The notes beneath the pieces are model-generated. The model ran no database searches. It saw only the letters and a program-made list of their open reading frames with translations, and had not been told where the DNA came from. The position numbers and the translations under genes are program-made. This document shows positions 36,201 through 45,556 of a stretch of DNA of 64,000 bases, piece after piece. Within the stretch, counting starts at the first letter, position 1. Every line of letters begins with the position of its first letter. The stretch lies in assembly GCA_963719505.1 (NCBI GenBank), contig CAVRCF010000001.1, forward strand, positions 448,001 to 512,000. Reading direction: 5' to 3'. This DNA is from Halobacteriovoraceae bacterium (GTDB lineage Bacteria; Bdellovibrionota; Bacteriovoracia; Bacteriovoracales; Bacteriovoracaceae).

Positions 36201-37831
36201 TGACAAAGATGATGATACTCTTTCTCCTACTGATAAATATAGCTGCTGCAAATGAAGTTGAGATTACCACAACACCTTCTGAGCCTGTTTTGGGTGAAAG
36301 TTTTAATGTTACTTTCAAAGTTCTTACTGAAGAGGGAACTGACCCTGTTATTAGGTTCGACCCATCTGGGGTTGAGGTGCTTGGTCGTGAAGAAACAGGG
36401 ATCTCAACAAAGACGACCTACATGAATGGAAAGCTTACAGTCGAGAGAAGTATTACTATAGTCTATGAAATGGTTGCACAGAAAGCCGGAAGCGTATATT
36501 TGAGAAATATTAATGTTGATCTCAATGGTAAAAATATAAAACATAATACCGTCAGAATACGGGTACTTTCCAGAGCAAGAAAAGCGAAAGATATTATGGC
36601 TTTGGCAATAGTTGATAAAGAGGAAGCTTTTGTTGGTGAGTCGATTTTAGTTCGGTACTACCTATATTACAAGCCTCAAGTCTCAACGACAGATGTTAAA
36701 AAATTTCCTAAACTCGATAAATTTCTAAAGCGGTTTCACCAAGAAAAAACTAGGCCTGAGAGGGTAAGCTTTAATGGAGATATCTATACTAGAAGTATAA
36801 TTTATACTGCTCAGCTTTATGCTGAAAAGCCTGGTAAGTATAAAATTGATCCAATTTCTTTAGGAGTAAATTATTTACGTGGAAGAAGTGGTGGCTTTGG
36901 TGGCTTTGGGTTTAGGCAATCAGCACGGAAAACCGTGACAAGTGATGTTGTTGAAATCAATGTAAAAGAACTTCCCTCTGAAAATATTCCACCAAGTTTT
37001 ACTGGGCTGGTTGGAAAGCACGACTTCACCCTAACACTGAATAAAAATAAGTTTCTCGTCAACGAGCCTATTGAAATGAAGTTTACTGTAAGTGGACCTG
37101 GGGCACTGGAGCTCTATCAGTCACCTAAAATTCTCAATAGTGATAAACTTGAAGAGTTTGATGCAAGTAACGAGTTTCAGATCAATCCAAATTTTGATGC
37201 AACGAAAGTCTTCAATATAACCTATTTAGGTCGTGATCAATTCTCTAAAGAAGCTTCAACGATAGCCTTTAGTTATTTTGATCCTGAGGCGTTGAAGTAT
37301 GAAACGGTGAATCTCTCACTTGGCTCTATTCAGGTTTCCGGAACACAGGCCAGAAGAAGGACAAATATCAACCCTGAGGTAGACTCAGAAGTTCCAAGAG
37401 TCGTTGTGCCAAGAGAAGAAAGTGCTGACCTATCTCCCCTCTATAACCTGAAAAATACATATGTTTATAACAAACTTTATATAAATATTGGTTTAGGTAT
37501 TATCTTACTTATTTTTCTCGTATTAAAGCTCTTAAAGTATATTGAAAAATTCAGACTCAGAGACATAGACCTTTTGACACTTATTAAAAAGGAAGGTTTA
37601 ACCTATGGAAGGCTTCACAACCTTCTTCGTGAGTTGGGTGATGGAGAAACAATGAAAGAGATGGTAAACAGCTCTAGCCTCTCCAAGGGGACAAAAAAAC
37701 ACCTTTTGGCCCTTGTGGAAAAATGTGAAAAAATGTACCAAGGCAATAAAGATATTTCTAAAATTAAAATTAAAAAATCGGCGATTGATGAAATACATAA
37801 AGCCCTTAACCAACAAAATGCAACTCAGTAG
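36200..37831 (+). CDS. batD: BatD-like protein
   Basis: Signal peptide, repeated beta-sandwich-like segments, F.GLVG, FSYFDP, C-terminal TM. Confidence 0.8.
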   Translation: MTKMMILFLLLINIAAANEVEITTTPSEPVLGESFNVTFKVLTEEGTDPVIRFDPSGVEVLGREETGISTKTTYMNGKLTVERSITIVYEMVAQKAGSVYLRNINVDLNGKNIKHNTVRIRVLSRARKAKDIMALAIVDKEEAFVGESILVRYYLYYKPQVSTTDVKKFPKLDKFLKRFHQEKTRPERVSFNGDIYTRSIIYTAQLYAEKPGKYKIDPISLGVNYLRGRSGGFGGFGFRQSARKTVTSDVVEINVKELPSENIPPSFTGLVGKHDFTLTLNKNKFLVNEPIEMKFTVSGPGALELYQSPKILNSDKLEEFDASNEFQINPNFDATKVFNITYLGRDQFSKEASTIAFSYFDPEALKYETVNLSLGSIQVSGTQARRRTNINPEVDSEVPRVVVPREESADLSPLYNLKNTYVYNKLYINIGLGIILLIFLVLKLLKYIEKFRLRDIDLLTLIKKEGLTYGRLHNLLRELGDGETMKEMVNSSSLSKGTKKHLLALVEKCEKMYQGNKDISKIKIKKSAIDEIHKALNQQNATQ

Positions 37832-39407
37832 CACTACCTTAGAAGAGGTTCAAAGCTCTTCCATAGGCATTACAATAGGCAGTTTTGATGGTGTTCACAA
37901 AGGCCATCAACATGTACTCTCAGACTTTGTTGAAAAATGCCACAAAAGAGGTATTCGACCAGTTGTTATCTCTTTTTCACCCCACCCTCTGATCGTTATA
38001 AGGAATATTGAAAATTTCCTAATCGATTCATCCCATAAAAAGCGACAGTATTTGAAAGAAAAATTTAATATAGACTTGGTCGAGGTAGAGTTTAATCAAA
38101 ATATAAGAGAAATGTCTGGTGAAATATTTTTTAGCGAACTATCGAAACAACTTAAAAAAATCAAACTCTTTTATGCTGGACATGACTTTAGCTTAGGTAA
38201 GGGAAAGTGCTTTACAATCAAAGAGGCTAGGGAAAAGTTAAGCGCAATAGAAGTTGTTGAGGGAGAGGCATTCGAGCAGGAGAAATTTTCTTTCTCTTCT
38301 ACCTCAGTTAGGGATTGCCTAAAAAATGGTGAGATAGAAAAAGCAAACTTTATTCTTGGTCACCCTTTCAAACTGACGGCAACTGTGAAAAGTGGAAACA
38401 AAATAGGACGCACCATTGGTTTTCCCACTGCGAATCTTAGTTTTTGTGAAACACAAATCCTTCCACAAGATGGCGTTTACTTTGTCAAAGCAAGTCTTAA
38501 AGAGAAAAGCTATAGAGCAATAGTTAATATAGGCGTTCGGCCGACTGTGACAAAAGACAATATAAGAGTGGTGGAAGTAAATATTTTTGACTTTAATGAA
38601 GAGATATACGGTGAAGAATTAGATGTAGAGTTTTACAAAAAAATCAGAGATGAAAGAAAGTTCTCTTCAATTGATCAACTTCGAGCTCAAATTACAAAGG
38701 ATAAGCTGTACTGTGGGACCCTCTCTTTTTACGGACGCTTTGGGCTAATAGGAAAAAACATCTCGCATTCAAAGTCCTCAGAAGTTTATAAGAAGCTTAC
38801 TCATAACCACTATTTGGATTACCATCACTACGACTTGGAAGAGGAAGGCCAAATTGATATGAAATCATTTTTAAAGATGACACCTTTTATAAGTGTTACG
38901 AGTCCTTATAAAAAAGCCGTCTTTGAGAGGTGTGATAAGTTTGAAGGCGATGATACTTTGAAGGCAGTCAACTGTGTGAAGTTAGAAGATGATAAAGTAA
39001 TTGGAACTAACACTGACTTTTATGGAATCAAAGAATACCTCGAAGCTTTAAAGGCTGAAAGGTTTTCTCGTTTATATATACTAGGGTCTGGGGCGATGGC
39101 TGATATTATTGGTCTTGTACTTCGTGATAGAAATATAGCATTTGAAACTTTGAGTCGTAAAAATGGAAATATTGATACAGTTAATCTAATAAAAGACAAA
39201 AATACTTTGATTATAAATGCAACTGCTAGAAGCTACCAACCACCCTTCCCATTGAGCTGTAGCGGAACCTTCTGGGATCTCAACTACGACCAACCCTACG
39301 CTGAAGAAGCATTAAAGAGCAAAACACTTAAGTATATTGATGGTCACGATCTCTTGATGAGACAGGCAAAATATGCTCTAAGCTTCTGGAATCTCAAAAC
39401 CCCGTAA
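37818..39407 (+). CDS. ribF: Riboflavin kinase/FAD synthetase fused to a shikimate dehydrogenase-like domain
   Basis: GSFDGVHKGH, SSTSVR, GRTIGFPTAN, GVRPT; then GLIG..ISHSKS, VTSPYK, AVNC, NTD..G, ILGSG, INAT, DLNY, DG..LL..QA. Confidence 0.88.
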   Translation: MQLSSTTLEEVQSSSIGITIGSFDGVHKGHQHVLSDFVEKCHKRGIRPVVISFSPHPLIVIRNIENFLIDSSHKKRQYLKEKFNIDLVEVEFNQNIREMSGEIFFSELSKQLKKIKLFYAGHDFSLGKGKCFTIKEAREKLSAIEVVEGEAFEQEKFSFSSTSVRDCLKNGEIEKANFILGHPFKLTATVKSGNKIGRTIGFPTANLSFCETQILPQDGVYFVKASLKEKSYRAIVNIGVRPTVTKDNIRVVEVNIFDFNEEIYGEELDVEFYKKIRDERKFSSIDQLRAQITKDKLYCGTLSFYGRFGLIGKNISHSKSSEVYKKLTHNHYLDYHHYDLEEEGQIDMKSFLKMTPFISVTSPYKKAVFERCDKFEGDDTLKAVNCVKLEDDKVIGTNTDFYGIKEYLEALKAERFSRLYILGSGAMADIIGLVLRDRNIAFETLSRKNGNIDTVNLIKDKNTLIINATARSYQPPFPLSCSGTFWDLNYDQPYAEEALKSKTLKYIDGHDLLMRQAKYALSFWNLKTP

Positions 39408-39431
39408 AATATAAATATGTAATTCCGATAA
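39405..39431 (+). promoter_or_regulatory. sigma28-type promoter of pilB-pilT-pilC
   Basis: TAAA-N15-TCCGATAA ending 20 bp before the pilB ATG. Confidence 0.7.
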
Positions 39432-39451
39432 GTTATTAAACTGGAGTATAT

Positions 39452-41122
39452 ATGATCCGCAAGGAGTTCATTGAAGTCGTAACAAATACGGGGATGGCCA
39501 CCCTTAAGGAGTTGCGTCGTCTTACATTAAATAAGGATCAAGACAAAGTCACTGAGTTTGAACTCTTAGAGATTCCACACTTTGATGAAAATAAATTTGC
39601 AAAAGTTATTTCTGAAAAATTTGGCCTAACTTTTATTGACCTTAAAAATGCAAAAGTTTCTAAAGATACAATTAAGGTTCTAAAGAAAAGAATCGTCCTA
39701 AAATATAGAGCTATTCCGATACAAATTACAGCAACAAAAGCCACTATCGCAACTTTTGACCCGACAGTCATCAATACGAAGCAAGCTTTGGGTCAAGAAC
39801 TAAAAAAACCTGTAGAGTTCATTCTTACTAATATTAGTTCATGGAAAAAATTATTTGAGTCAGTTGAAGATTCAGTAGAAGACTTAATTGGAAGTGTCGT
39901 TGAAATAAATGCGCACACCGATAATGATGTCGAGATTAAGGCTGAAGATATTGGCCAGGACGTCGTTACTTTTTGTAATAAAATTTTAGCCGAAGCTTTT
40001 GTCAAAAAGGTTTCCGATATCCATGTTGAGCCTTATGAAAAGACATTTAGAATAAGATTTCGTCTTGATGGTACACTTGTGACAGTGGCTAACCCGCCAA
40101 AATCGATGATGCCAGCAGTTGTTTCGAGATTAAAGATTTTAGCTTCACTGGATATTTCAGAGAAACGAAAACCCCAAGATGGGCGGATTAAGCTTCAGAT
40201 AGGGGGACAGCCTATCGACTATAGGGTCTCTTCTCTACCGACTCTCTTTGGGGAAAAGGTCGTTCTGCGTTTACTTGACCAATCAAACCTTCAACTTGAT
40301 ATGACAAAACTTGGCTTTGAGCCAAAGCAAATTGAAATTTTTCAAAAAGGTATTCATAGTCCTTACGGAATGGTTCTCGTTACAGGTCCAACTGGTTCAG
40401 GAAAGACAACAACACTTTATTCAGCATTAGCTGAACTCAATGTCGAAGGAACTAATATTTCTACGGCAGAGGATCCCTGTGAGTTTAACCTTGAAGGAAT
40501 AAATCAAGTTAACGTAAAAAAAGAAGTCGGCCTAACATTTGCGTCTGCTTTAAAATCTTTTTTAAGACAAGATCCTGACATTATCATGGTTGGAGAGATT
40601 AGAGACTTTGAAGTTGGTGAGATTGCAGTTGAAGCTGCACTGACTGGGCATATGGTTTTATCTACGCTTCATACAAATGATGCCGCCTCTACTGTTACAA
40701 GATTACTGAATATGGGAATCGAACCCTTCTTGGTGGTCGCAGCTCTTAACTGTGTTGTCGCTCAGAGGCTTTTAAGAAAAATATGCACAAGTTGTAGAGA
40801 GGCCGTTCCAACAACTAAAGAGCGTCTCGTTCAATGTGGTTTCGCTCCATCTTCGGCAGAAAAAATTAAAGTTTATAGAGGAAAAGGGTGCGATATTTGC
40901 TCTGGAACTGGATATAAGGGACGAGTGGCAATCTATGAAGTTATGCCTGCTTCTCCTCGAATTAAAGATTTGATTTTAAAACATCCATCTTCTGATGAAT
41001 TAAAAGCACAAGCAATAAAAGATGGAATGAAAACATTGAGAATGACTGCACTTACAAAAGTAGCGCAAGGACTAACGACAATTGAAGAAGCTTTATCAAA
41101 TTCAGCTTCTGATAATTTATAA
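39452..41122 (+). CDS. pilB: Type IV pilus assembly ATPase PilB
   Basis: SDIHVEP, KPQDGRI, GPTGSGKTT, LRQDPD, tetracysteine motif. Confidence 0.95.
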   Translation: MIRKEFIEVVTNTGMATLKELRRLTLNKDQDKVTEFELLEIPHFDENKFAKVISEKFGLTFIDLKNAKVSKDTIKVLKKRIVLKYRAIPIQITATKATIATFDPTVINTKQALGQELKKPVEFILTNISSWKKLFESVEDSVEDLIGSVVEINAHTDNDVEIKAEDIGQDVVTFCNKILAEAFVKKVSDIHVEPYEKTFRIRFRLDGTLVTVANPPKSMMPAVVSRLKILASLDISEKRKPQDGRIKLQIGGQPIDYRVSSLPTLFGEKVVLRLLDQSNLQLDMTKLGFEPKQIEIFQKGIHSPYGMVLVTGPTGSGKTTTLYSALAELNVEGTNISTAEDPCEFNLEGINQVNVKKEVGLTFASALKSFLRQDPDIIMVGEIRDFEVGEIAVEAALTGHMVLSTLHTNDAASTVTRLLNMGIEPFLVVAALNCVVAQRLLRKICTSCREAVPTTKERLVQCGFAPSSAEKIKVYRGKGCDICSGTGYKGRVAIYEVMPASPRIKDLILKHPSSDELKAQAIKDGMKTLRMTALTKVAQGLTTIEEALSNSASDNL

Positions 41123-41133
41123 AAGGAACTTTT

Positions 41134-42249
41134 ATGTCTCAGGAAAGTACAAAAACTAGTATTGGTGGAGCCGGTGTTGGGAATTTACAGATTCAACAAC
41201 TCTTTAAGGTTATGGTCGATCAAGGTGCATCGGATTTACATATCTCAGTAGGGAGTGCCCCAGGGATGAGAATTTCTGGGGAAGTGATAAGAGTAAAAGT
41301 TGGGGCTTGTACAGCGGACGATACAAAAAGACTTGTTTATCAAATTTTAACTGAGGCTCAAAGATCTGAGTTAGAAAAAAACCTCGAACTCGATTTCTCT
41401 TTTGGAGTTAAGGGCCTTGCTCGTTTTAGAGCGAACTGCTTTTACTCAAAGGGTGCAGTCGCAGCCGTCTTCAGACAAATTCCAAGTCAAGTCCCAGATT
41501 TTGATTCCCTGGGCTTACCCCATGTTTTACTTGAAATGACTGATGTTTCTAACGGTTTGATGCTTGTTACAGGTCCTACGGGGTCTGGTAAATCTACAAC
41601 TCTTGCTTCAATTATTGATAGGTTAAACTCTACTGAAAATGGGCATATTATTACACTTGAAGATCCAGTCGAATTTGTTCATCAGCATAAAAACTGTCTG
41701 GTTAACCAAAGAGAAATTGGAGTGGATACTTTGACTTTCGCTAATGGAATTAGATCATTACTAAGACAGGATCCAGATATCGTTCTCGTTGGAGAGCTTC
41801 GAGACCTTCAAACTATTGAAGCATCTCTAGAGATCGCAGAAACTGGTCACTTAGTCTTTGGTACGCTTCATACGAACTCAACAATTCAGACAATTTCAAG
41901 AATTATTAACGTTTTTCCGGCAGATCAACAGGATCAAATTAGAACTTTACTCTCGTTTGTTCTACAAGGTGTTGTCGCTCAACAGCTTCTTCCTAAAAAA
42001 GGGGGAGGTCGGGTCCTTGCGATGGAGATTTTGCGCCTTACTCCGGCAATAAAAAACTTAATTCGTGAAGACAAGCTTCACCAGGTGTATTCGCAGATGC
42101 AGATTAACCAAGAAGTGACGAAAATGGTTACCATGAATCAAAGTATTAAAAAATCACTAGATGCTGGTATAATAGATGCTGAAACAGCTATGTCTTATTC
42201 AAATAACCCAGAAGAAATGGCTAAAATGATAGGAATGGAGAAAAAATAA
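41134..42249 (+). CDS. pilT: Type IV pilus retraction ATPase PilT
   Basis: GASDLH, GPTGSGKSTTL, AETGHLVFGTLHT, AIKNLIRE. Confidence 0.96.
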   Translation: MSQESTKTSIGGAGVGNLQIQQLFKVMVDQGASDLHISVGSAPGMRISGEVIRVKVGACTADDTKRLVYQILTEAQRSELEKNLELDFSFGVKGLARFRANCFYSKGAVAAVFRQIPSQVPDFDSLGLPHVLLEMTDVSNGLMLVTGPTGSGKSTTLASIIDRLNSTENGHIITLEDPVEFVHQHKNCLVNQREIGVDTLTFANGIRSLLRQDPDIVLVGELRDLQTIEASLEIAETGHLVFGTLHTNSTIQTISRIINVFPADQQDQIRTLLSFVLQGVVAQQLLPKKGGGRVLAMEILRLTPAIKNLIREDKLHQVYSQMQINQEVTKMVTMNQSIKKSLDAGIIDAETAMSYSNNPEEMAKMIGMEKK

Positions 42250-42252
42250 TAA

Positions 42253-43476
42253 ATGTCTGTAGGTAAGTACAAGTATATTGGCGTAAGTGCAGATGGTCGA
42301 AAAGTCGAAGGCGAAATTGACGCTAAAGATGAAAGGCACGCAAAACGTCTTTTAAGGCGTCAAGGAATTCGTGCGCGAAAGATGACTGCGCCAAGTCCAT
42401 TAGATATCGATCTTGGTGTCTGGATGGTAGAGAAGGGTTTTGTTAAACCTTTTGGAAAAGATGAGCTAAACAGATTTACAAGACAGTTATCAATTCTAAT
42501 CAATGCCGGTGTTCCTATTATGGAGTGCCTGGATATTCTTTCAAAACAAGAAAAAAACGTCTCATTAAAGATGGCCATTAAAAGTATTATGGAGGACGTC
42601 TCCAGTGGTAAATCCCTTTTTGAGGGGATGGTTAAGCAAAATGGATTTGATAAACTCTACTGTTCTTTAGTGAAAGCTGGTGAGGCAGCGGGTATTTTGG
42701 ATACAATTCTTGTGAAGCTGTCCGAGTTTATGGATAAACAAGAGAAAATGAAAAAACAGATTAAAAGTGCGATGACTTATCCAACAATTGTTCTCGTTGT
42801 GGGAATCGCAGTAACTTATGGTTTGATGGTTTTTGTTGTTCCCCAGTTTGTGGGAATGCTAAACGAGTCGGGTCAGGAAATTCCTGCTGTCACTCAATTT
42901 GTCATCAATGTTTCTGATTTCTTTCAAGAGTATACAATGATTATGATTCCTTCAGCCTTTGTCGCTTTAATGCTTTTTAAGAATTTTATTAAGACAAAAG
43001 ATGGAAAGATTGCTTGGGATAGAACAACAATGAAAGCTCCTGTTTTTGGAGATATTGTTATTAAGGGAAATCTTTCAAGTTTTACTAGAACACTGGCCAC
43101 GATGTTGTCAGCTGGTGTGGCGTTGATTGAAGCCTTAGAGATTTGTATTGAAACAATTGATAATACTCAAATAGCTAAAGATTTAAAGCAAGTTCGAGAT
43201 GCCGTTGTAAAAGGTAAATCAATAACTGAGCCGCTGGGAAGAATTAAGTATTTTCCCCCGCTGGTCAATCAGATGGTAAAGGTTGGGGAATCAACCGGGA
43301 ACCTCGATACAATGCTTGTTAAAGTTGCAGATGTTTTTGAAGAAGAAACGGAAGAGTCGATAAAAACAATGACTTCACTGATAGAGCCTGCAATTCTTAT
43401 AGGCCTTGGTGGACTAATTGGTACCGTTTTAATTGCCATGTATCTACCGATCTTTATGTCAGCAGGTGGGGCTTAA
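42253..43476 (+). CDS. pilC: Type IV pilus platform protein PilC
   Basis: FTRQLS, KAGEAAG.LD, AMTYP, VGESTG.LD, EP...AMYLPIF. Confidence 0.95.
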   Translation: MSVGKYKYIGVSADGRKVEGEIDAKDERHAKRLLRRQGIRARKMTAPSPLDIDLGVWMVEKGFVKPFGKDELNRFTRQLSILINAGVPIMECLDILSKQEKNVSLKMAIKSIMEDVSSGKSLFEGMVKQNGFDKLYCSLVKAGEAAGILDTILVKLSEFMDKQEKMKKQIKSAMTYPTIVLVVGIAVTYGLMVFVVPQFVGMLNESGQEIPAVTQFVINVSDFFQEYTMIMIPSAFVALMLFKNFIKTKDGKIAWDRTTMKAPVFGDIVIKGNLSSFTRTLATMLSAGVALIEALEICIETIDNTQIAKDLKQVRDAVVKGKSITEPLGRIKYFPPLVNQMVKVGESTGNLDTMLVKVADVFEEETEESIKTMTSLIEPAILIGLGGLIGTVLIAMYLPIFMSAGGA

Positions 43477-43488
43477 AAGGAAAAAATT

Positions 43489-43827
43489 GTGAAAAGAGGT
43501 AAACTGTCTCGAGCAGAACAAACTCGAGAAGTAAGAAGAATTTTAAGTAAACACGATGTTGACCTCGGTGAGCTTCAAGTTTCTTGTTCGGGAACAAGAA
43601 TAACCTTGCAGGGAACGCTTCTAAAAAGAAGTGGTGATAATTTTAACTTTGAAGTTTTAAACACACTACTTGGAGAGCTTCAAAGAGTCGGCATGGTTTC
43701 CTCAGAGCTGACAAACTGGGATCTCAATAGTGGTGTTAGAAAACTGGAAAAGAACAAGGTTTCCTCTGGCTCAAATTCTAGCTCCCAAGGGTTAGAAATA
43801 GAAGATGAAGACCTATCATACGAATAA
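43489..43827 (+). CDS. Small hypothetical protein between pilC and pilA
   Basis: 112-aa ORF, AAGGA upstream of GTG. Confidence 0.55.
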   Translation: MKRGKLSRAEQTREVRRILSKHDVDLGELQVSCSGTRITLQGTLLKRSGDNFNFEVLNTLLGELQRVGMVSSELTNWDLNSGVRKLEKNKVSSGSNSSSQGLEIEDEDLSYE

Positions 43828-43926
43828 GACATAAATAATTGGCAGTTATGGGGAAAACTATTCCTACTGTAAGATATCGAAATATATATATATCCTTAAT
43901 AAGTTCCTGATATTATTTAGTTAGGC

Positions 43927-43954
43927 TAAAGTATTTAAGATTTTGGGGCGATAA
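43927..43954 (+). promoter_or_regulatory. sigma28-like promoter upstream of pilA
   Basis: TAAAGTAT-N12-GGCGATAA (spacer one base longer than canonical). Confidence 0.5.
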
Positions 43955-44061
43955 GTAGCATTATGCATTAAAATAAGATTTGTAGTGGCTTCTTCTTAAC
44001 AGTCTCTACAATTTAACCTTAAAACTTTCTAAACTCTTAACGTTTAAAAAGGGAGATCAAA

Positions 44062-44664
44062 ATGAAAAAATTTATCAACAAAATGAAACAACAAGACGGA
44101 TTTACTCTCGTTGAACTTATGATCGTTGTTGCGATCATCGGCGTCCTTTCTGCAGTTGCAGTACCAAACTTTCAAAAGTACCAAGCAAAAGCAAAAACCT
44201 CTGAAGCGAAAGTTCAGTTGGCTGCGGCTTATACCGCGGAGCAGGCATTTTATGGAGACTTCGGTATTTATGCTACTTGTCTGAACTATATGGGTTACAA
44301 CCCAGCTGATGAGGTGAATTCAAGATATTACGCTGTTGGATTTAACGTTGTTAATGCCATTAACGATGTTGCACACTCAAGTGCAGTGAACTCTGGTATG
44401 AGTACTACTATATGTGCTGATGATTTAGCTGCGGCAAATGGAACTACATTCTTTGCTGCTGGTAAAACTATTGGTGGTACCGCGGCTCTAACCGATGTAC
44501 TCGCAGCTGACTCATCTATTGGATCACAGGCAGATGACGCAAACATGTTGTTCACAATCGGTGCAAATGGTATTATTTCGTCTAAAGCAGTAACTGCAGC
44601 GACTTCTTCAAGATGGACAATGACTCAAGACAAAGTTATGACGAACGTATCAGTTGGATACTAA
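44062..44664 (+). CDS. pilA: Type IVa major pilin
   Basis: [25 protein letters not shown] class III signal; strong SD GGGAG; own terminator. Confidence 0.93.
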   Translation: MKKFINKMKQQDGFTLVELMIVVAIIGVLSAVAVPNFQKYQAKAKTSEAKVQLAAAYTAEQAFYGDFGIYATCLNYMGYNPADEVNSRYYAVGFNVVNAINDVAHSSAVNSGMSTTICADDLAAANGTTFFAAGKTIGGTAALTDVLAADSSIGSQADDANMLFTIGANGIISSKAVTAATSSRWTMTQDKVMTNVSVGY

Positions 44665-44693
44665 AAAAACTAAATTAAAAAAGTTAAATGGAG

Positions 44694-44719
44694 GGGCACT
44701 AATTAGTGCCCTTTTTTTT
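44694..44719 (+). terminator. Intrinsic terminator of pilA
   Basis: GGGCACT-AATT-AGTGCCC followed by T8. Confidence 0.85.
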
Positions 44720-45514
44720 ATTAATATTTAAATTGTATTTATGGAAGGGCTTTGGAGCGAAAAACTCGCCATTCCTTTCTAAATACTTTTGACCGTAATA
44801 ATCCACTCTGTTGCAGTTTTCTTTTCGTTCGCTATTTAAACATTTTAGGTCAAGTTCGGCTTTAATAGCGTAAAGGTCTTTATCGAATTTTTCAATCACT
44901 TGAGGCACTGTCGCTGATTCCCTCATCTCCATAACGACTTCATAAACTTGAGACAAGGAGGCACCATTGGAATAAGAAAGTTTTGCTAATAGAGAATCTA
45001 TATATGTTGGTGACTTTGGACTCTGAGAAACGATTTTATATCTTGGGATAGCTTTGTCGTACTCCCCAGTTTCAAAGGCATATAGAAAGCCTGCATTTAA
45101 ATTCAAATTATAATCTAGAGGATAGTGGACAAGACCCTTTTCAAAAATTTTAGCTGCACCAACTAAATCGTCTTTTACAATAGAAAGGTATTGTCCTCCA
45201 AATTGATAATTTTTTAAAAATAAAGGATCAATTTCTGAAATTGTATTAAACCTTAGGAACATCCAAGAATTATCATTTTTTTCCTTTACGTGATTGATAT
45301 CAGACTCTAATAACGTTGATATCCACAAGGTTGAAGATATAAGTCTTCTTTGTCCGGTTGAGAAAACCAAAAGAAATTGATTGTTAAAGTTCAAAGCAGT
45401 CTGCTGTTTATTAAGTTGGAGTTGAGGTTTGGCTGTCGAGAGCTTGAGTTGCCATCCTATTGCAAGAAGTAAAATTCCAAAAATTAAAGTTATGTATGTT
45501 CTAATAATTTTCAT
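44699..45514 (-). CDS. Membrane-anchored TPR-like pilus accessory protein (PilG-like by position)
   Basis: N-terminal TM, TPR-like A..IFEKGL..YP...GFLY; lies between pilA and an ABC pair. Confidence 0.55.
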   Translation of the reverse strand: MKIIRTYITLIFGILLLAIGWQLKLSTAKPQLQLNKQQTALNFNNQFLLVFSTGQRRLISSTLWISTLLESDINHVKEKNDNSWMFLRFNTISEIDPLFLKNYQFGGQYLSIVKDDLVGAAKIFEKGLVHYPLDYNLNLNAGFLYAFETGEYDKAIPRYKIVSQSPKSPTYIDSLLAKLSYSNGASLSQVYEVVMEMRESATVPQVIEKFDKDLYAIKAELDLKCLNSERKENCNRVDYYGQKYLERNGEFFAPKPFHKYNLNINKKKGTN

Positions 45515-45556
45515 TAATAATTGCCAAAGTCTAAATTGCTGAACAGAATAGACTAT

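Noticed and set aside
37713-37817. ORF-track start of ribF at 37713
   Set aside because: Would overlap batD by more than 100 bp; ATG 37818 fits the RibF N-terminus
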